From: Candidatus Nomurabacteria bacterium GW2011_GWC2_42_20 | GTDB lineage: Bacteria; Patescibacteriota; Minisyncoccia; Phycocordibacterales; UBA1550 | Reading direction: 5' to 3' | Assembly (NCBI GenBank): GCA_000998425.1 | Contig: LCDG01000002.1 | Span: 35,178-99,177 of the forward strand | Length of the DNA: 64,000 nt | In this document: positions 39,005-49,586 of the stretch, one piece after another | How the letters are laid out: every line of letters starts with the position of its first letter | How positions within the stretch are numbered: position 1 is the stretch's first letter | Position numbers and translations under genes: made by a program | The notes under the pieces: model-generated | Databases searched by the model: none | Seen by the model: only the letters and a program-made list of their open reading frames with translations | What the model was told of the DNA's origin: nothing

Positions 39005-40948
39005 ATGGAACATCTCAGTCACCTAAACAGCAAACAAAAAGAAGCGGCTACTCATAAAAATGGCCCTATTCTTATAATCGCCGGGGCTGGAACAGGCAAA
39101 ACCAGCACCCTTACACACCGTATCCTAAATCTCGTAAAGGAGGGTGTCGCACCAAATGAAGTTCTCGCAATCACATTCACAAACAAAGCAGCAAAAGAAA
39201 TGCAGGATCGCGTGAACGACCTCCTCGCAAAGCACGGTTTCGATGCAGGGATGCGCTACGGAGACGCGCGCCCATTCATTGGTACTTTTCACTCGCTCGG
39301 CGTTCATATTCTCCGCGCGCATGCGCACGTTTTTGGTCTCACAAAGCACTTCACAATTGTAGACAAAAATAGCGCTAGCTCCCTTATAAAAGAAGCAGTA
39401 AAAGAGCAGGGAATAGACTCGAAACAATTTTCTCCAGACCGGATTGCGGGAGTTATTTCCCGCCAAAAAGGCGCGCTCGTAACACTTTCGCAATATAAAA
39501 ACGATGTTGGAAATGCATACTTCCCAATGATCGTTTCTGCCGTGTGGGAAAGATACGAAAGACTTCTTGCTCGCGAAAAGGCGCTTGATTTTGATGACCT
39601 TATATTAAAAACTGTTATACTCCTGCGTGACAATCCTGATATTCGCAAGGAATACCAGAACAGGTGGAAGTATATACATATTGATGAATACCAGGACACA
39701 AATGCTGTGCAGTATGAAATGGCACGCCTACTTGCTGGAGAAGCAATGAACATTTGCGCAGTAGGTGACGGTGACCAAAATATTTACAGCTGGCGCGGGG
39801 CAAATCTGCAAAATATTTTAAACTTTGAAAAAGATTATGCCGGCGCGCAAACTGTACTCCTCGAGGAAAACTACCGCTCAACGCAAACAATTCTCGCTGC
39901 CGCAAACGATGTCATTAAAAAAAATACTGTCCGAAAAGAAAAGAATTTGTTTACAAAAAATATCGAAGGCGACAAAATCTCCCTCATAGAAAGCTACGAC
40001 GAAGGTGGGGAGGCTCGCGCTGTTGGTGAAAAAATAAAAAATCTCATATGTAGTGGCACGGACCCAGAGGATATTGCAGTGCTCTATCGAGCAAACTTCC
40101 AGTCACGTGCACTAGAGGAGGCATTTCTCTTGATGGAGATACCATATCAAGTTCTCGGTGTGCGTTTTTTTGAACGCAAGGAAGTTAAGGATATTTTGTC
40201 ATACATACGTGCTGGATTAAACCCTGAAAGTCTATCGGACATTAAACGCATTATTGATTCTCCCCCACGAGGTATCGGCAAAGCAACACTTATGAAAATG
40301 TTTGCGAAGGATGAGGATAGCTTGCCGCCTGCTGGGAAAAAGCGCGTCGCGGAGTTTTGGGCTCTTCTTGGATCAGTAAAGGAATACGCACTCACAGAAA
40401 AAACATCAAATCTTATTAAATTTGTTTCAGAGAAGTCAGGACTGGAAACATCTCTAAAGACAGGTAGTGACGATGACAACGATCGTCTTGAAAACATTCA
40501 CGAGCTTGTAACACTCGCAACCAAGTATGACATTTTACCACCAGAGGAAGCGGTTGAAAAACTTTTGGGCGATGCGGCTCTCGCTAGCGACCAAGACTCG
40601 ATGATGAAAAGCTCTAGTGCTGTTAAACTCATGACAGTGCATGCGGCGAAAGGCCTCGAGTTCCCCTATGTATTCGTTACTGGCCTTGAGCAAGACCTGT
40701 TTCCTCATAAACGAATGGGGCCAGGCACGGTATCAAAGGAAGATGGCGAGGAGGAGCGTCGTCTTTTCTACGTTGCAATCACGCGCGCAAAGAAAAAACT
40801 TTATCTTTCATGCGCATCAGTGCGCACCATTTTTGGACAGCGACAAGTAAATGCTCCATCAGAATTCCTTTCTGATATTGATAACGCATACATCGAACGC
40901 GAGGTGGGGGATAGTGACAACGAACCGATAATAAACATACGGTGGTAA
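39005..40948 (+). CDS. pcrA: ATP-dependent DNA helicase PcrA/UvrD
   Basis: AGAGTGKT, TFTNKAA, DEYQDTN, VGDGDQNIY, LEENYRS, TVHAAKGLEF, EERRLFYVAITRA. Confidence 0.96.
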   Translation: MEHLSHLNSKQKEAATHKNGPILIIAGAGTGKTSTLTHRILNLVKEGVAPNEVLAITFTNKAAKEMQDRVNDLLAKHGFDAGMRYGDARPFIGTFHSLGVHILRAHAHVFGLTKHFTIVDKNSASSLIKEAVKEQGIDSKQFSPDRIAGVISRQKGALVTLSQYKNDVGNAYFPMIVSAVWERYERLLAREKALDFDDLILKTVILLRDNPDIRKEYQNRWKYIHIDEYQDTNAVQYEMARLLAGEAMNICAVGDGDQNIYSWRGANLQNILNFEKDYAGAQTVLLEENYRSTQTILAAANDVIKKNTVRKEKNLFTKNIEGDKISLIESYDEGGEARAVGEKIKNLICSGTDPEDIAVLYRANFQSRALEEAFLLMEIPYQVLGVRFFERKEVKDILSYIRAGLNPESLSDIKRIIDSPPRGIGKATLMKMFAKDEDSLPPAGKKRVAEFWALLGSVKEYALTEKTSNLIKFVSEKSGLETSLKTGSDDDNDRLENIHELVTLATKYDILPPEEAVEKLLGDAALASDQDSMMKSSSAVKLMTVHAAKGLEFPYVFVTGLEQDLFPHKRMGPGTVSKEDGEEERRLFYVAITRAKKKLYLSCASVRTIFGQRQVNAPSEFLSDIDNAYIEREVGDSDNEPIINIRW

Positions 40949-40984
40949 AGTAGGGTTCGAGATAAAATACGTTATACTTCTATA

Positions 40985-41782
40985 ATGGTTCACGCAAAGA
41001 AATCCCTAGGGCAGAATTTTTTGAATTCCAAAACTGTCGCGAAAGAAATTGTGCGAGCGGGTGAGCTTTCGTCTGTTGACACAGTACTCGAGATTGGGCC
41101 AGGGAAAGGATTTTTAACCTCAGAGCTCCTTGCATCAGGAGCGCATGTTATAGCGGTTGAAAAAGACGATCGCATGATTCCACTTCTGTCGGAAAAATTT
41201 GCAGATGAAATCAAAAATGGAAAGCTCACACTCCTCCATGGAGATATTCTTGAAAAAATTGAGGATGGCAAAATCGCACTGCCTCTGCGTTATAAACTTG
41301 TCGCAAACATCCCATACTATCTCACTGGGCAAATTATTCGTATGTTTCTTGAGGCGGAATTAAAGCCGGAGAGAATGATCCTCATGGTGCAAAAAGAGGT
41401 TGCGACTCGTATTGTCGCGCGAGATAAAAAAGAAAGCATCTTGTCGATTGCGGTAAAAGTGTACGGATCTCCTCACATCATAAAAAAGGTTCCTGCGCGC
41501 TATTTTACCCCGGCTCCAAAAGTAGATTCGGCGATTCTATCTATTGAAAATATTTCTGCAAAAAGTTTCCAGGGCCCAGTAAGCGAGAAATTATTCTTTG
41601 ATGTTGTTCGTGCTGGTTTTGCTCACAAGCGTAAAGTTCTTGCCGGAAACCTAAAGGACCTTTTTGGAGAAAAAATAATTTCAATTCTTGAAGAAGTATG
41701 TGTGCCTACAAATGCGCGCGCGGAAGATCTATCATTAAAAAACTGGCTCGATATCACATCGATGTACCAGCCTCAGAAATAG
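40985..41782 (+). CDS. rsmA: 16S rRNA dimethyladenosine transferase
   Basis: KKSLGQNFL, EIGPGKG, VANIPYYLT, QKEVA. Confidence 0.97.
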   Translation: MVHAKKSLGQNFLNSKTVAKEIVRAGELSSVDTVLEIGPGKGFLTSELLASGAHVIAVEKDDRMIPLLSEKFADEIKNGKLTLLHGDILEKIEDGKIALPLRYKLVANIPYYLTGQIIRMFLEAELKPERMILMVQKEVATRIVARDKKESILSIAVKVYGSPHIIKKVPARYFTPAPKVDSAILSIENISAKSFQGPVSEKLFFDVVRAGFAHKRKVLAGNLKDLFGEKIISILEEVCVPTNARAEDLSLKNWLDITSMYQPQK

Positions 41783-42149
41783 TCCCAATAGGAGGAGCTG
41801 TTGTGAAATCTGGCAAACAACAAGGGGACCACCCGCAAGAGTACCACGACAAGCAGGACCCCCCTGGTGTGTACGAACCTAGAACCCATGGTCCTGGCCT
41901 AAAAAGTTGGTAGAAAGAATAAACCATCCCAGAGCCGTCATATGTAAAGACCCCTCCATTTGGAGCCCCCACAGTAATCGCAAGGTTGGCACTGCATGTG
42001 CAATATGTGACGTTTAAAATTTGCCCTCCGAATGGGATAATTGCCTTACCTGATTTTACCCTCATCACAAAAGAAGTGGCTATTAAAAAAAGCACGACAA
42101 TGAGGCTTGTCACAATATAGTGTTTTTTTGCGAGTAGAAAAAGTTTCAT
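41754..42149 (-). CDS. Small Cys-rich exported protein
   Basis: N-terminal TM, PFGGQI..VTYCTCS, several C-terminal Cys. Confidence 0.75.
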   Translation of the reverse strand: MKLFLLAKKHYIVTSLIVVLFLIATSFVMRVKSGKAIIPFGGQILNVTYCTCSANLAITVGAPNGGVFTYDGSGMVYSFYQLFRPGPWVLGSYTPGGSCLSWYSCGWSPCCLPDFTTAPPIGTISEAGTSM

Positions 42150-42199
42150 ATGCTTTATTGTTCCACACTAGTGTACGATCTGCAAACTACGAGCTGTAC

Positions 42200-43144
42200 T
42201 TATAATTCCAAATCAAAACTTTTCCCATTACTGACTCCATTTTCATTAACAATATGAACCCAAACTGGTAACGAAGCTTTTTTTGAATTTGCAGGTGTTG
42301 TTGTTGAAACAAGAAAACTTGACTGAGCTTTAAATAATAAAGTAGCGCCATCCACCGATGGTATATTTTCAAAAACACTTGTTCCTGTGCGTATCATATT
42401 TCCTTTTAGTGAAAAGCCGGACCCCTTGATAGTTATCGTTTCATTATTATTTGCTCTTGATGGACCCACGTTTTCTATTGTCGGTTCAGGTGTTACACCG
42501 TCAGTCACCACAAAGAAAGCATCCTTATTACTTTCTCCGCGCGCGTTTTTTACAAACAGTGAGTAGTTGCCTTTTGGTATTGCAGGAATCTTAAAACTAA
42601 TTGACTGTCCATTCCATGATTTTGCTTTTTCAACAGCATGTCCTTCGCCAAAATAAATCGTATTATCAGTTGAGGTAAAACCAGCGCCAGAAATCGTTAT
42701 AGTTGTCCCTGCCTTGCCCGAGTATTGGGATGGAAACATAACTACCACCTGACCCTTTGGTACAGCGGTGGAGCTTGATGCTGCGAAAGAAACAGAGGTG
42801 GCTGTATTTTTTAATGCAATTACTTTTGCGCGAGTACCTGAACCAAAAAACCCTGTTCCCACTGACAACCCTGCCGGCGTTAGCACCTCCGCACGGTATT
42901 TTTCTTGAAATTTTATAACTGCGCGCCTTGTCGCAGGACCAAAATAATCTGTCTCCTTTCCTATAGACCCTACACCAGATGTCGCAACAGTTGTGTCACT
43001 GTCTATATTGAGAAATTTTTGAAGCGCCCGCACATCTTCGCCTCGCGAACCAAGCGATAGCGTTCGTGTAAAATCTACAGTCGCAGAAAAAAGAAAGTTT
43101 GGTAATAACAGCAACCCAACGCAAAAAAATATTTTTATCTTCAT
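42200..43144 (-). CDS. Secreted protein with peptidoglycan-binding domain and two IPT/TIG domains
   Basis: LSLGSRGEDVRALQKFLN, YFGPATRRAVIKFQ; ITISGAGF and ITIKGSGF repeats. Confidence 0.85.
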   Translation of the reverse strand: MKIKIFFCVGLLLLPNFLFSATVDFTRTLSLGSRGEDVRALQKFLNIDSDTTVATSGVGSIGKETDYFGPATRRAVIKFQEKYRAEVLTPAGLSVGTGFFGSGTRAKVIALKNTATSVSFAASSSTAVPKGQVVVMFPSQYSGKAGTTITISGAGFTSTDNTIYFGEGHAVEKAKSWNGQSISFKIPAIPKGNYSLFVKNARGESNKDAFFVVTDGVTPEPTIENVGPSRANNNETITIKGSGFSLKGNMIRTGTSVFENIPSVDGATLLFKAQSSFLVSTTTPANSKKASLPVWVHIVNENGVSNGKSFDLEL

Positions 43145-43173
43145 CAGGAGCAATTGTACCACGCAAATAATAA

Positions 43174-44784
43174 CTACTGTAAATTAACAATTCCATCCCC
43201 ATTAAAATCAAGTTGGGTCGCCAAATCATTAAATACTGCAAGGTCTGCAGCGCTCACAACCCCATCCCCATTGAAGTCTGAACCTCCGCAATTTTCAAAA
43301 GCTTTGTGACCGATGCAATAGTTTATAATCTGCTTGTCAGAATACCCAGTCGTGTCAAAAAATCTAGACTCAAACCAATCTAGCTTCCAACCAAAAGCAA
43401 GCCCTGGCCCACTAAAAAGGTCGTTCGCAAAAGCAAGATCACGATTGTCGATCGTACCATCCTCATTAAAATCTGCCTGCGCGCAGATCCCTGAGATTGG
43501 TGACGCTTTACACGAATTAAACACTGCCATATCTGCGCCTGCTGACCCAAAATCAGCTAGCCCGTCATCGTTTAGGTCATATTGCGCAATTGTTGCGTAT
43601 GTTATCTTGCCAAGAATGTTCTCAAAATACGGCTGCACCGGCGGCCCATCGTCGTATGCCTGCTGTCTGTTAAAAAATGTTTTTGAGAGCAGTGTGCGCA
43701 AGTCAACAACACTGCCATTTGATGCGCTCGTTACCCATGTTTTGAAATTACTATATTGTCCATCACTCCCTGCCTCACCAGGAGACACGCCATCTGCTCC
43801 CCAAACAAAACCAAAGGCCATATTTAAATAGCCATTATCTGCAGCACACACACTTCCAAGCACAGTTGACCTCAACCATGTTGCACCATTACATGCAACG
43901 GTTGGCATTAGCACTCTCCCTGCTGGCCCACCACACGGTGTCGTCTGAGCTGGGATGTCCTCCTGCTGTGTCTGTTGCGGATGAGGGAGCAAGCTACGGA
44001 CGTTTGCTGTTGATATTTTAAAGAAACAAGACTTTGCAGATTGTGGGGTGTCGTTTACAAGCTCTAATGTTGTGTTTTGGTTTACATTAAAAGTGTATCC
44101 TTTTGTCCTAAAAAGTCCTACGTCAGCGGTGTCTGTTTTCCCGTCACCATTTAAGTCGGTCTGCGCGCATAAATCGTATGTCGTGCTCATTATGCAGTGA
44201 GAAATAATCGAGTAGTCATTATTGCGATCAATCAACGCATTTATTTGATCCTGCGCTTGAGTGTTTGCTGCCACAATAGCAGCGTTGTTATCAATTGGCG
44301 CCGCTACACCGTAAACATCTGGCTGAACGAGTGGTGTTGTCGGTAGAGAAAGAGGAATATGTACACCACCACCTGCTGTAGTAGGCGCCGGCGACGTCCC
44401 TATTGGGGGTAAGCTAAAATTAAACTGCACCAGGCCTGGGTTGATAGAGTTTAAAATGAGATATGACGTCAAAACGAGAGTAAGCCCAATTAGGGCGTTC
44501 AAAATACGCTCCTTTGCGTCTTGTTTTGCGCTGGGAGCTATCCCTGCAACGACATATTGAGTACCTCCAATAATTGCGACAAGTATCGAGACTCCCGCAC
44601 CGAGAGCGATGAGAAGCTTGAGCATCCCACCTAGGTATGTGGAGAGGTTGGTTGTTTCTGAGCCAGTAGCTCCAGTAAATGTACCTGGGAGAGGTGCTAG
44701 TGGGGTGTAGTCTTGGGCGTGGGTAAACGAGGCAAACACAAAAAACGTTGCCATAAGAGAGATAAATATAACAATCTTTTTCAT
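43174..44784 (-). CDS. VirB2/TrbC-like pilin domain fused to dockerin/EF-hand-like repeats
   Basis: Two-TM pilin module (IIGGTQY...AKERILNALIGL..VL.SYLILNSINP); five D-[LF]-N-x-D-G motifs. Confidence 0.75.
   Translation of the reverse strand: MKKIVIFISLMATFFVFASFTHAQDYTPLAPLPGTFTGATGSETTNLSTYLGGMLKLLIALGAGVSILVAIIGGTQYVVAGIAPSAKQDAKERILNALIGLTLVLTSYLILNSINPGLVQFNFSLPPIGTSPAPTTAGGGVHIPLSLPTTPLVQPDVYGVAAPIDNNAAIVAANTQAQDQINALIDRNNDYSIISHCIMSTTYDLCAQTDLNGDGKTDTADVGLFRTKGYTFNVNQNTTLELVNDTPQSAKSCFFKISTANVRSLLPHPQQTQQEDIPAQTTPCGGPAGRVLMPTVACNGATWLRSTVLGSVCAADNGYLNMAFGFVWGADGVSPGEAGSDGQYSNFKTWVTSASNGSVVDLRTLLSKTFFNRQQAYDDGPPVQPYFENILGKITYATIAQYDLNDDGLADFGSAGADMAVFNSCKASPISGICAQADFNEDGTIDNRDLAFANDLFSGPGLAFGWKLDWFESRFFDTTGYSDKQIINYCIGHKAFENCGGSDFNGDGVVSAADLAVFNDLATQLDFNGDGIVNLQ
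44396..44639 (-). repeat. 244-bp inverted repeat, left copy (pairs with 53901-54144)
   Basis: About 16 mismatches in 244 bp by manual alignment; 86-bp perfect tract. Confidence 0.92.
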
Positions 44785-44880
44785 TCACTTTATAATACCA
44801 CAAACATATCCACAGGAGATGGAGTTTACTCTATATCTTATTAGTAGTCTCTGCTATAATATAATGGCGGAGAAATATAT

Positions 44881-45666
44881 ATGGACCAGCAATTTAAAAA
44901 AATATTTTCTGTCGCACTTGCGGTTATTGTTGGGGTTGGAATTATTTTCTTTGCGTTGAGGGGTATTGGTTTGCGCGACAATAAAGTTTCTTTCGAACCG
45001 ACGATAATAGATGGCAGTTGGAAGGACTCCTTGCTCACCATCCCATCATCAAAAGCACTGGATGTATTACAAAATAACCAGATTATTGAGGCCACAACAA
45101 CAGCTGACATTATTGCGCGCGAGCTAGTTGCAAACTATGCGCTTGTACAGCAAAGCAGGGCAACAACAACGCTGAGTGATACCGACGCGCAATCTATTGC
45201 TCAGATGCTAGTTGATAAAATAGACATACCAAAGGGTACTATTTATTCAGCAAATGATACCAGAACTTCGAACGACAATAGTAGCGCCGCAATCACAAAT
45301 TACATAAATAATGTTAGTGAAATAATGCAGAATTTTTCATTATCGCACAAAACGAATGAAGTAGTTATTTTCAAAGAGTCACTCGCATTAAAAGACGAAA
45401 CAAAACTTCAGGGTCTCGCGTCAATCGCTATAGAGTACAAAAACTTGCAAAAAAATCTTCTAGCAGTTTCAACCCCCTCCACAATGGCTTCTCTTCATCT
45501 CCGCCTTGTGCAGAGTTATTCAAACATAGAATCAGCAGTTACATCAATGCAAAAAATATTGACCGACCCAATACTTGGACTTGCCGCCTATACTCAATAC
45601 AAAAAAGAAAACGATGTACTTAGCGCGCTTGATACAGAATATCAAAGTTATGGCTCCCTGCGGTAG
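44881..45666 (+). CDS. Hypothetical membrane-anchored helical protein, first gene of secretion cluster
   Basis: N-terminal TM; DPILGL motif. Confidence 0.8.
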   Translation: MDQQFKKIFSVALAVIVGVGIIFFALRGIGLRDNKVSFEPTIIDGSWKDSLLTIPSSKALDVLQNNQIIEATTTADIIARELVANYALVQQSRATTTLSDTDAQSIAQMLVDKIDIPKGTIYSANDTRTSNDNSSAAITNYINNVSEIMQNFSLSHKTNEVVIFKESLALKDETKLQGLASIAIEYKNLQKNLLAVSTPSTMASLHLRLVQSYSNIESAVTSMQKILTDPILGLAAYTQYKKENDVLSALDTEYQSYGSLR

Positions 45667-45692
45667 CTTAAAATTCTAACAATAATTTTATT

Positions 45693-46559
45693 ATGAGACA
45701 TTCTTTCAATCTTCAAAAAAAACTACTCTTGCCTCTCTTTTCGGTGATATTTTTCTTTTCTGTTGGCACTCAGCGCGCCGATGCCCTTGTTTTTGTACCA
45801 GTTAACGACGCAGCACTAAACATAACAACTGATCTGCATGCTGGCTTCCAGGATGTAGCAAAAATGGGTCTAGACAGTGTTATGTACGCCGTAGGGCAAC
45901 AGCTGTTAACGCAGCTTACGGATAGTACAGTAAACTGGATCAAGAGTGGGTTCAATGGCAACCCGTTATATGCCATTGACCCAACAAAACTCTTCCTTGA
46001 CACAGCAAATGTTGTTTCAGGTGGGATGGCAAATCAAATCCGTGGCATAGCAACATGTAACTTCACCCCAAACTTCAACGCAAACCTTGCAAACAGAATA
46101 GAGTTATCAACACGAACTGGTGCAAACGCAAGGTTTAGCGACCAAATAACCTGCCCTTTCCCAACCAATGTAAACCCAACAGCTTTTTATAGCGACTTTA
46201 GTCAAGGGGGATGGAGTGCTTTTGAAGCATCGCTTTCTGACAGTGGCAACCCGTTTGGGGTTAACCTACTTGCTAGCCAAGAGCTTGCTCTTCGACAAGC
46301 TGAAGCACAAAGTCTAATGGACCAGAAACTAAACTGGGCGAATGGCTTTCTTTCTATGGAAGCTTGCTCCGGAACAGACCCTTACACCGGCATCCCCACA
46401 GACTGCAAAACCACAACACCTGGTAAGGTCATATCTGACACATTATCAAAAAGCATAGGCACTGATATGGACCGTATGGGCTTTGCTGACAATATGAACA
46501 AGGTCATTTCAGCGTTTGTCGCTAGCCTCACAAGTAGTGTGACTAGTGGTATATTTTAG
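45693..46559 (+). CDS. Secreted protein of the secretion cluster
   Basis: Signal peptide; STVNWIKSGFNGNP, GGW..F, C.TTTPG motifs. Confidence 0.8.
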   Translation: MRHSFNLQKKLLLPLFSVIFFFSVGTQRADALVFVPVNDAALNITTDLHAGFQDVAKMGLDSVMYAVGQQLLTQLTDSTVNWIKSGFNGNPLYAIDPTKLFLDTANVVSGGMANQIRGIATCNFTPNFNANLANRIELSTRTGANARFSDQITCPFPTNVNPTAFYSDFSQGGWSAFEASLSDSGNPFGVNLLASQELALRQAEAQSLMDQKLNWANGFLSMEACSGTDPYTGIPTDCKTTTPGKVISDTLSKSIGTDMDRMGFADNMNKVISAFVASLTSSVTSGIF

Positions 46560-46570
46560 ATAAGAACTAA

Positions 46571-48718
46571 ATGCCTAGATCTCTACCAAAAATTATTGCA
46601 GCGATTCTTCTCGGGTTTGTTTTTCTGCTTGGTGGAGCAGAAGTGGCGTCGGCGCAGGCTCCTGTTTCTCCTGCCCTCGTAACACAGGATGCGATACTAG
46701 AAGGACTTAAATGTGGCGTTAATAACCCAATTACAAACCACAAACTCACAGATTGTGTACCTGTTTTTACTTATTATATACTATACATCCCAGCATCTTG
46801 GATGCTAGTTGGTGGTGCTTATGTTTTTGACGCTATGCTTATGTTGAGCATAGACAGCAAATTTGTTCAGCAGGATTTCATAGACACATCGTGGAAAGTT
46901 GTAAGGGATTTTTCTAATATGGCGTTCATTTTTGTGCTCTTGTACACAGGCATATCAACAATGCTCGGCACACCAGGGTGGGCAAAGACGGTTCGCAATG
47001 TCATAATAATAGCGCTTCTTATAAACTTCAGTCTTTTCTTTACCAAAGTAATAATTGACGCAGGGAATATTCTCGCTGTTGGCATATACGAAGCGATTGG
47101 CCAACCAAAGACAGCGAATGATGCTCATGTCGTTGCTGGGAAAAGTAGTTTAGACGAGAGGGATATTTCATTCAGGCTAGCTGAGAAGTTCCATCCACAG
47201 TCATTCATACGTACTACTGGTGAAATCCCTGCAATGGAGGCAACTGTTGTTTTTATTATAGCTGCCATTGTAAGTGTTTTCGCGGGATATATATTTTTTA
47301 AGGCTGCGCTTTTGTTTATCGGGCGCCTCCTTGCCTTTTGGTTTCTGATGATCATTTCTCCTTTTGCTTTCATTTCAATAACTTTTCCAAAGGGTAACAA
47401 GTTTCAAGGATGGCTAGATGCTCTCGTATCACAGGCGTTTGTGGCACCAGTATTCCTTTTTCTTGTCTACCTGATTATGCAGGTCATAAACTCAGGGGTT
47501 CTTAATGACCTAATAAATGATCCTGACTCAGCAAACACAGCAGGCTTCACTTTTGACAAGGTTCTTATGCCTGTAATTGTAGCAACGCTCATAATAATGG
47601 CGCTTAAATTCGCGTTGGAATTCTCAGAGAAAATGGCTGGGGATTTTGGTAAACTTGGAGCATCAATGGCTGGAGCAGTAATTGGTGTTGCTGGAGGGCT
47701 TGCTCTCGGGGGAACAGCTATCGCTGGGCGCGCAATTGGTGGCAAGCTTGCAGCTAAAGCATTTGAGGGTGGCACCATGCAGAAATGGGCAGCTTCTGAG
47801 AAAACTGGGCTTCTTGGCGCAGCACAACGCAACCTTGGAATGAGGGGCACAATGGCGCTCGATACAGCACGCAGCGCAAGCTGGGATGCTCGTAATGTTG
47901 GGCTAGTATCAAAAGGCATCAAATCAACAGGAGTTGATGTCGGTAAGGCTGGTGGCAAGGGCGGGTACGTACAAGGGCAAAAAGATTGGTTAAAAGAGCA
48001 AAAGAAAAAAGCAACATTGATGGAGCTTACGTCTGACGAAAAGGAGGCAATTAAAAAAGAGGCTCAAGCAAAGGTAGAAGCTGCTGGTGAAAAAACAGTG
48101 GGGGCAAAATTACTGGTAGCTGACGCCAAGGAAAAACATGATAATTCCGATGGTGCGCGCCTTGTTGCCACTCGAACAAAGCAATTGGAGGATGAGAGGA
48201 ATAAGCTGGAGGAGGCAAAAAAGAGCACGATGGCTGCTCAGGTAGCGTTTGATACAGCTAAAAACTCAGGGCGTCTTGATCCTTCACTCAAAGCTGCTAG
48301 GGATGCAGCAGAAAAAGCAGAGGAAGAAACTATGAACAGATTAAAGGAGACAGAGTCTGACCTTGCGAAGGCTACTGCAGACCATGCAAACTCAGCAACA
48401 GCCTCTGCCTTAAAAACGGTTACCGATTCTTTAACAGCAGCGCAACAAGATGAAGCAAAGGCTATTGACGCACTAAAAAATGTGGGCAATAAAATAAAAG
48501 AGGAGGACGAACGTAGACGTGGCGCTTACGGCGAACAAGTAACAACCGTACATGAGCCATTATCAATGGTATCAAAAACTGCTGAAGCTCGACGTAAAAA
48601 ATTAGTTGAGTCAATTCGCGCTGAAAAATCTGACGAAGATAAGAAAAAAGAAGAAAAGGCAAAGCTTCTAAAAGAGCTTGCCGAGGAAGTGAAAAAGAGC
48701 GGGGAGAGCGACCACTAA
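46571..48718 (+). CDS. Polytopic VirB6/TrbL-like membrane protein with coiled-coil tail
   Basis: W.VVRDFSN, ALLINFSLF, R...WFLMIISPFAF; multiple TMs, Gly-rich segment, charged tail. Confidence 0.75.
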   Translation: MPRSLPKIIAAILLGFVFLLGGAEVASAQAPVSPALVTQDAILEGLKCGVNNPITNHKLTDCVPVFTYYILYIPASWMLVGGAYVFDAMLMLSIDSKFVQQDFIDTSWKVVRDFSNMAFIFVLLYTGISTMLGTPGWAKTVRNVIIIALLINFSLFFTKVIIDAGNILAVGIYEAIGQPKTANDAHVVAGKSSLDERDISFRLAEKFHPQSFIRTTGEIPAMEATVVFIIAAIVSVFAGYIFFKAALLFIGRLLAFWFLMIISPFAFISITFPKGNKFQGWLDALVSQAFVAPVFLFLVYLIMQVINSGVLNDLINDPDSANTAGFTFDKVLMPVIVATLIIMALKFALEFSEKMAGDFGKLGASMAGAVIGVAGGLALGGTAIAGRAIGGKLAAKAFEGGTMQKWAASEKTGLLGAAQRNLGMRGTMALDTARSASWDARNVGLVSKGIKSTGVDVGKAGGKGGYVQGQKDWLKEQKKKATLMELTSDEKEAIKKEAQAKVEAAGEKTVGAKLLVADAKEKHDNSDGARLVATRTKQLEDERNKLEEAKKSTMAAQVAFDTAKNSGRLDPSLKAARDAAEKAEEETMNRLKETESDLAKATADHANSATASALKTVTDSLTAAQQDEAKAIDALKNVGNKIKEEDERRRGAYGEQVTTVHEPLSMVSKTAEARRKKLVESIRAEKSDEDKKKEEKAKLLKELAEEVKKSGESDH

Positions 48719-48726
48719 TATAAAAT

Positions 48727-49413
48727 ATGGACAACGAAACAACGCAAATTTTTATGGAACAACTAGGTAAACTACCGAGCACGGTTGTCGATTTCATTTC
48801 ATCTTCAAGTTGGGATGCTGATCTAGACGAAATAGGGTCTATGTATAACCTGCATGAGGAAGATCTTGTTAAGTTTAAACAGGAAGTAACTCTTGTACTT
48901 GCTGGACTAATACACCCAGATGAGTTTCGTGGCACACTAGAGCAAGAGGTTGGTTTACAAGGAGCTGTACTCGACGCGATAGTCAGTGCTACAGAAGAAA
49001 AAATCTTTGCGCAGGTTCGCCCCGCACTCATGGAGTTTTTTGAACAGGAGTCAAGCCAGTATGAAAGTCAAACGGAAGAATTACAAACTGCCCAGCCTGC
49101 ACAAGAAATCCCAAGAGCCCCGCAACGAGTATGGGAAAAAGAGCCTGATATCGTCCCAGACAACCTACCAACCGATGAAGAACCGGAGTCATTCCTCCCA
49201 CCAATTCCTCCAAAGGCACCAAAGGCGGAAGCCGATATTCCAAGCTGGGACATCACACCAGCACACCCATTTGAAGAAAAAATGAAAAAGGTATTTACCG
49301 CAGGGCAACAGTCTATGGGGGATCTAACGATAGAGCCTGCCACACCACAGGTCGCACCACCAGACACTACGCGCACATACCACGCAGACCCATACAGAGA
49401 GCCGATAGAGTAG
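48727..49413 (+). CDS. Hypothetical protein with Pro-rich linker and terminal DPYREPIE motif
   Basis: Acidic helical N-domain; in secretion operon. Confidence 0.75.
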   Translation: MDNETTQIFMEQLGKLPSTVVDFISSSSWDADLDEIGSMYNLHEEDLVKFKQEVTLVLAGLIHPDEFRGTLEQEVGLQGAVLDAIVSATEEKIFAQVRPALMEFFEQESSQYESQTEELQTAQPAQEIPRAPQRVWEKEPDIVPDNLPTDEEPESFLPPIPPKAPKAEADIPSWDITPAHPFEEKMKKVFTAGQQSMGDLTIEPATPQVAPPDTTRTYHADPYREPIE

Positions 49414-49490
49414 AATGTGGAATATGGAATTTTGAATATTGAATAGTGGGCACGGATTCCTGTATTAATTTTGGTGTTCATATTCCGCAC
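49411..49490. repeat. Degenerate heptamer array
   Basis: tagaatgtggaatatggaattttgaatattgaata...catattccgcac. Confidence 0.7.
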
Positions 49491-49549
49491 AATACGGTAT
49501 AATATTTAGGTGGATAAAGAATATTTATTTAGATTATTCCAAAATTCAT

Positions 49550-49573
49550 GAATTAGCAAATTCACGCCTGGCG
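49550..49573 (+). repeat. Isolated AGCA-hairpin module
   Basis: gaattagcaaattcacgcctggcg, abutting the -10 of the prgI-like gene. Confidence 0.7.
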
Positions 49574-49586
49574 CTATTCTACCCTT

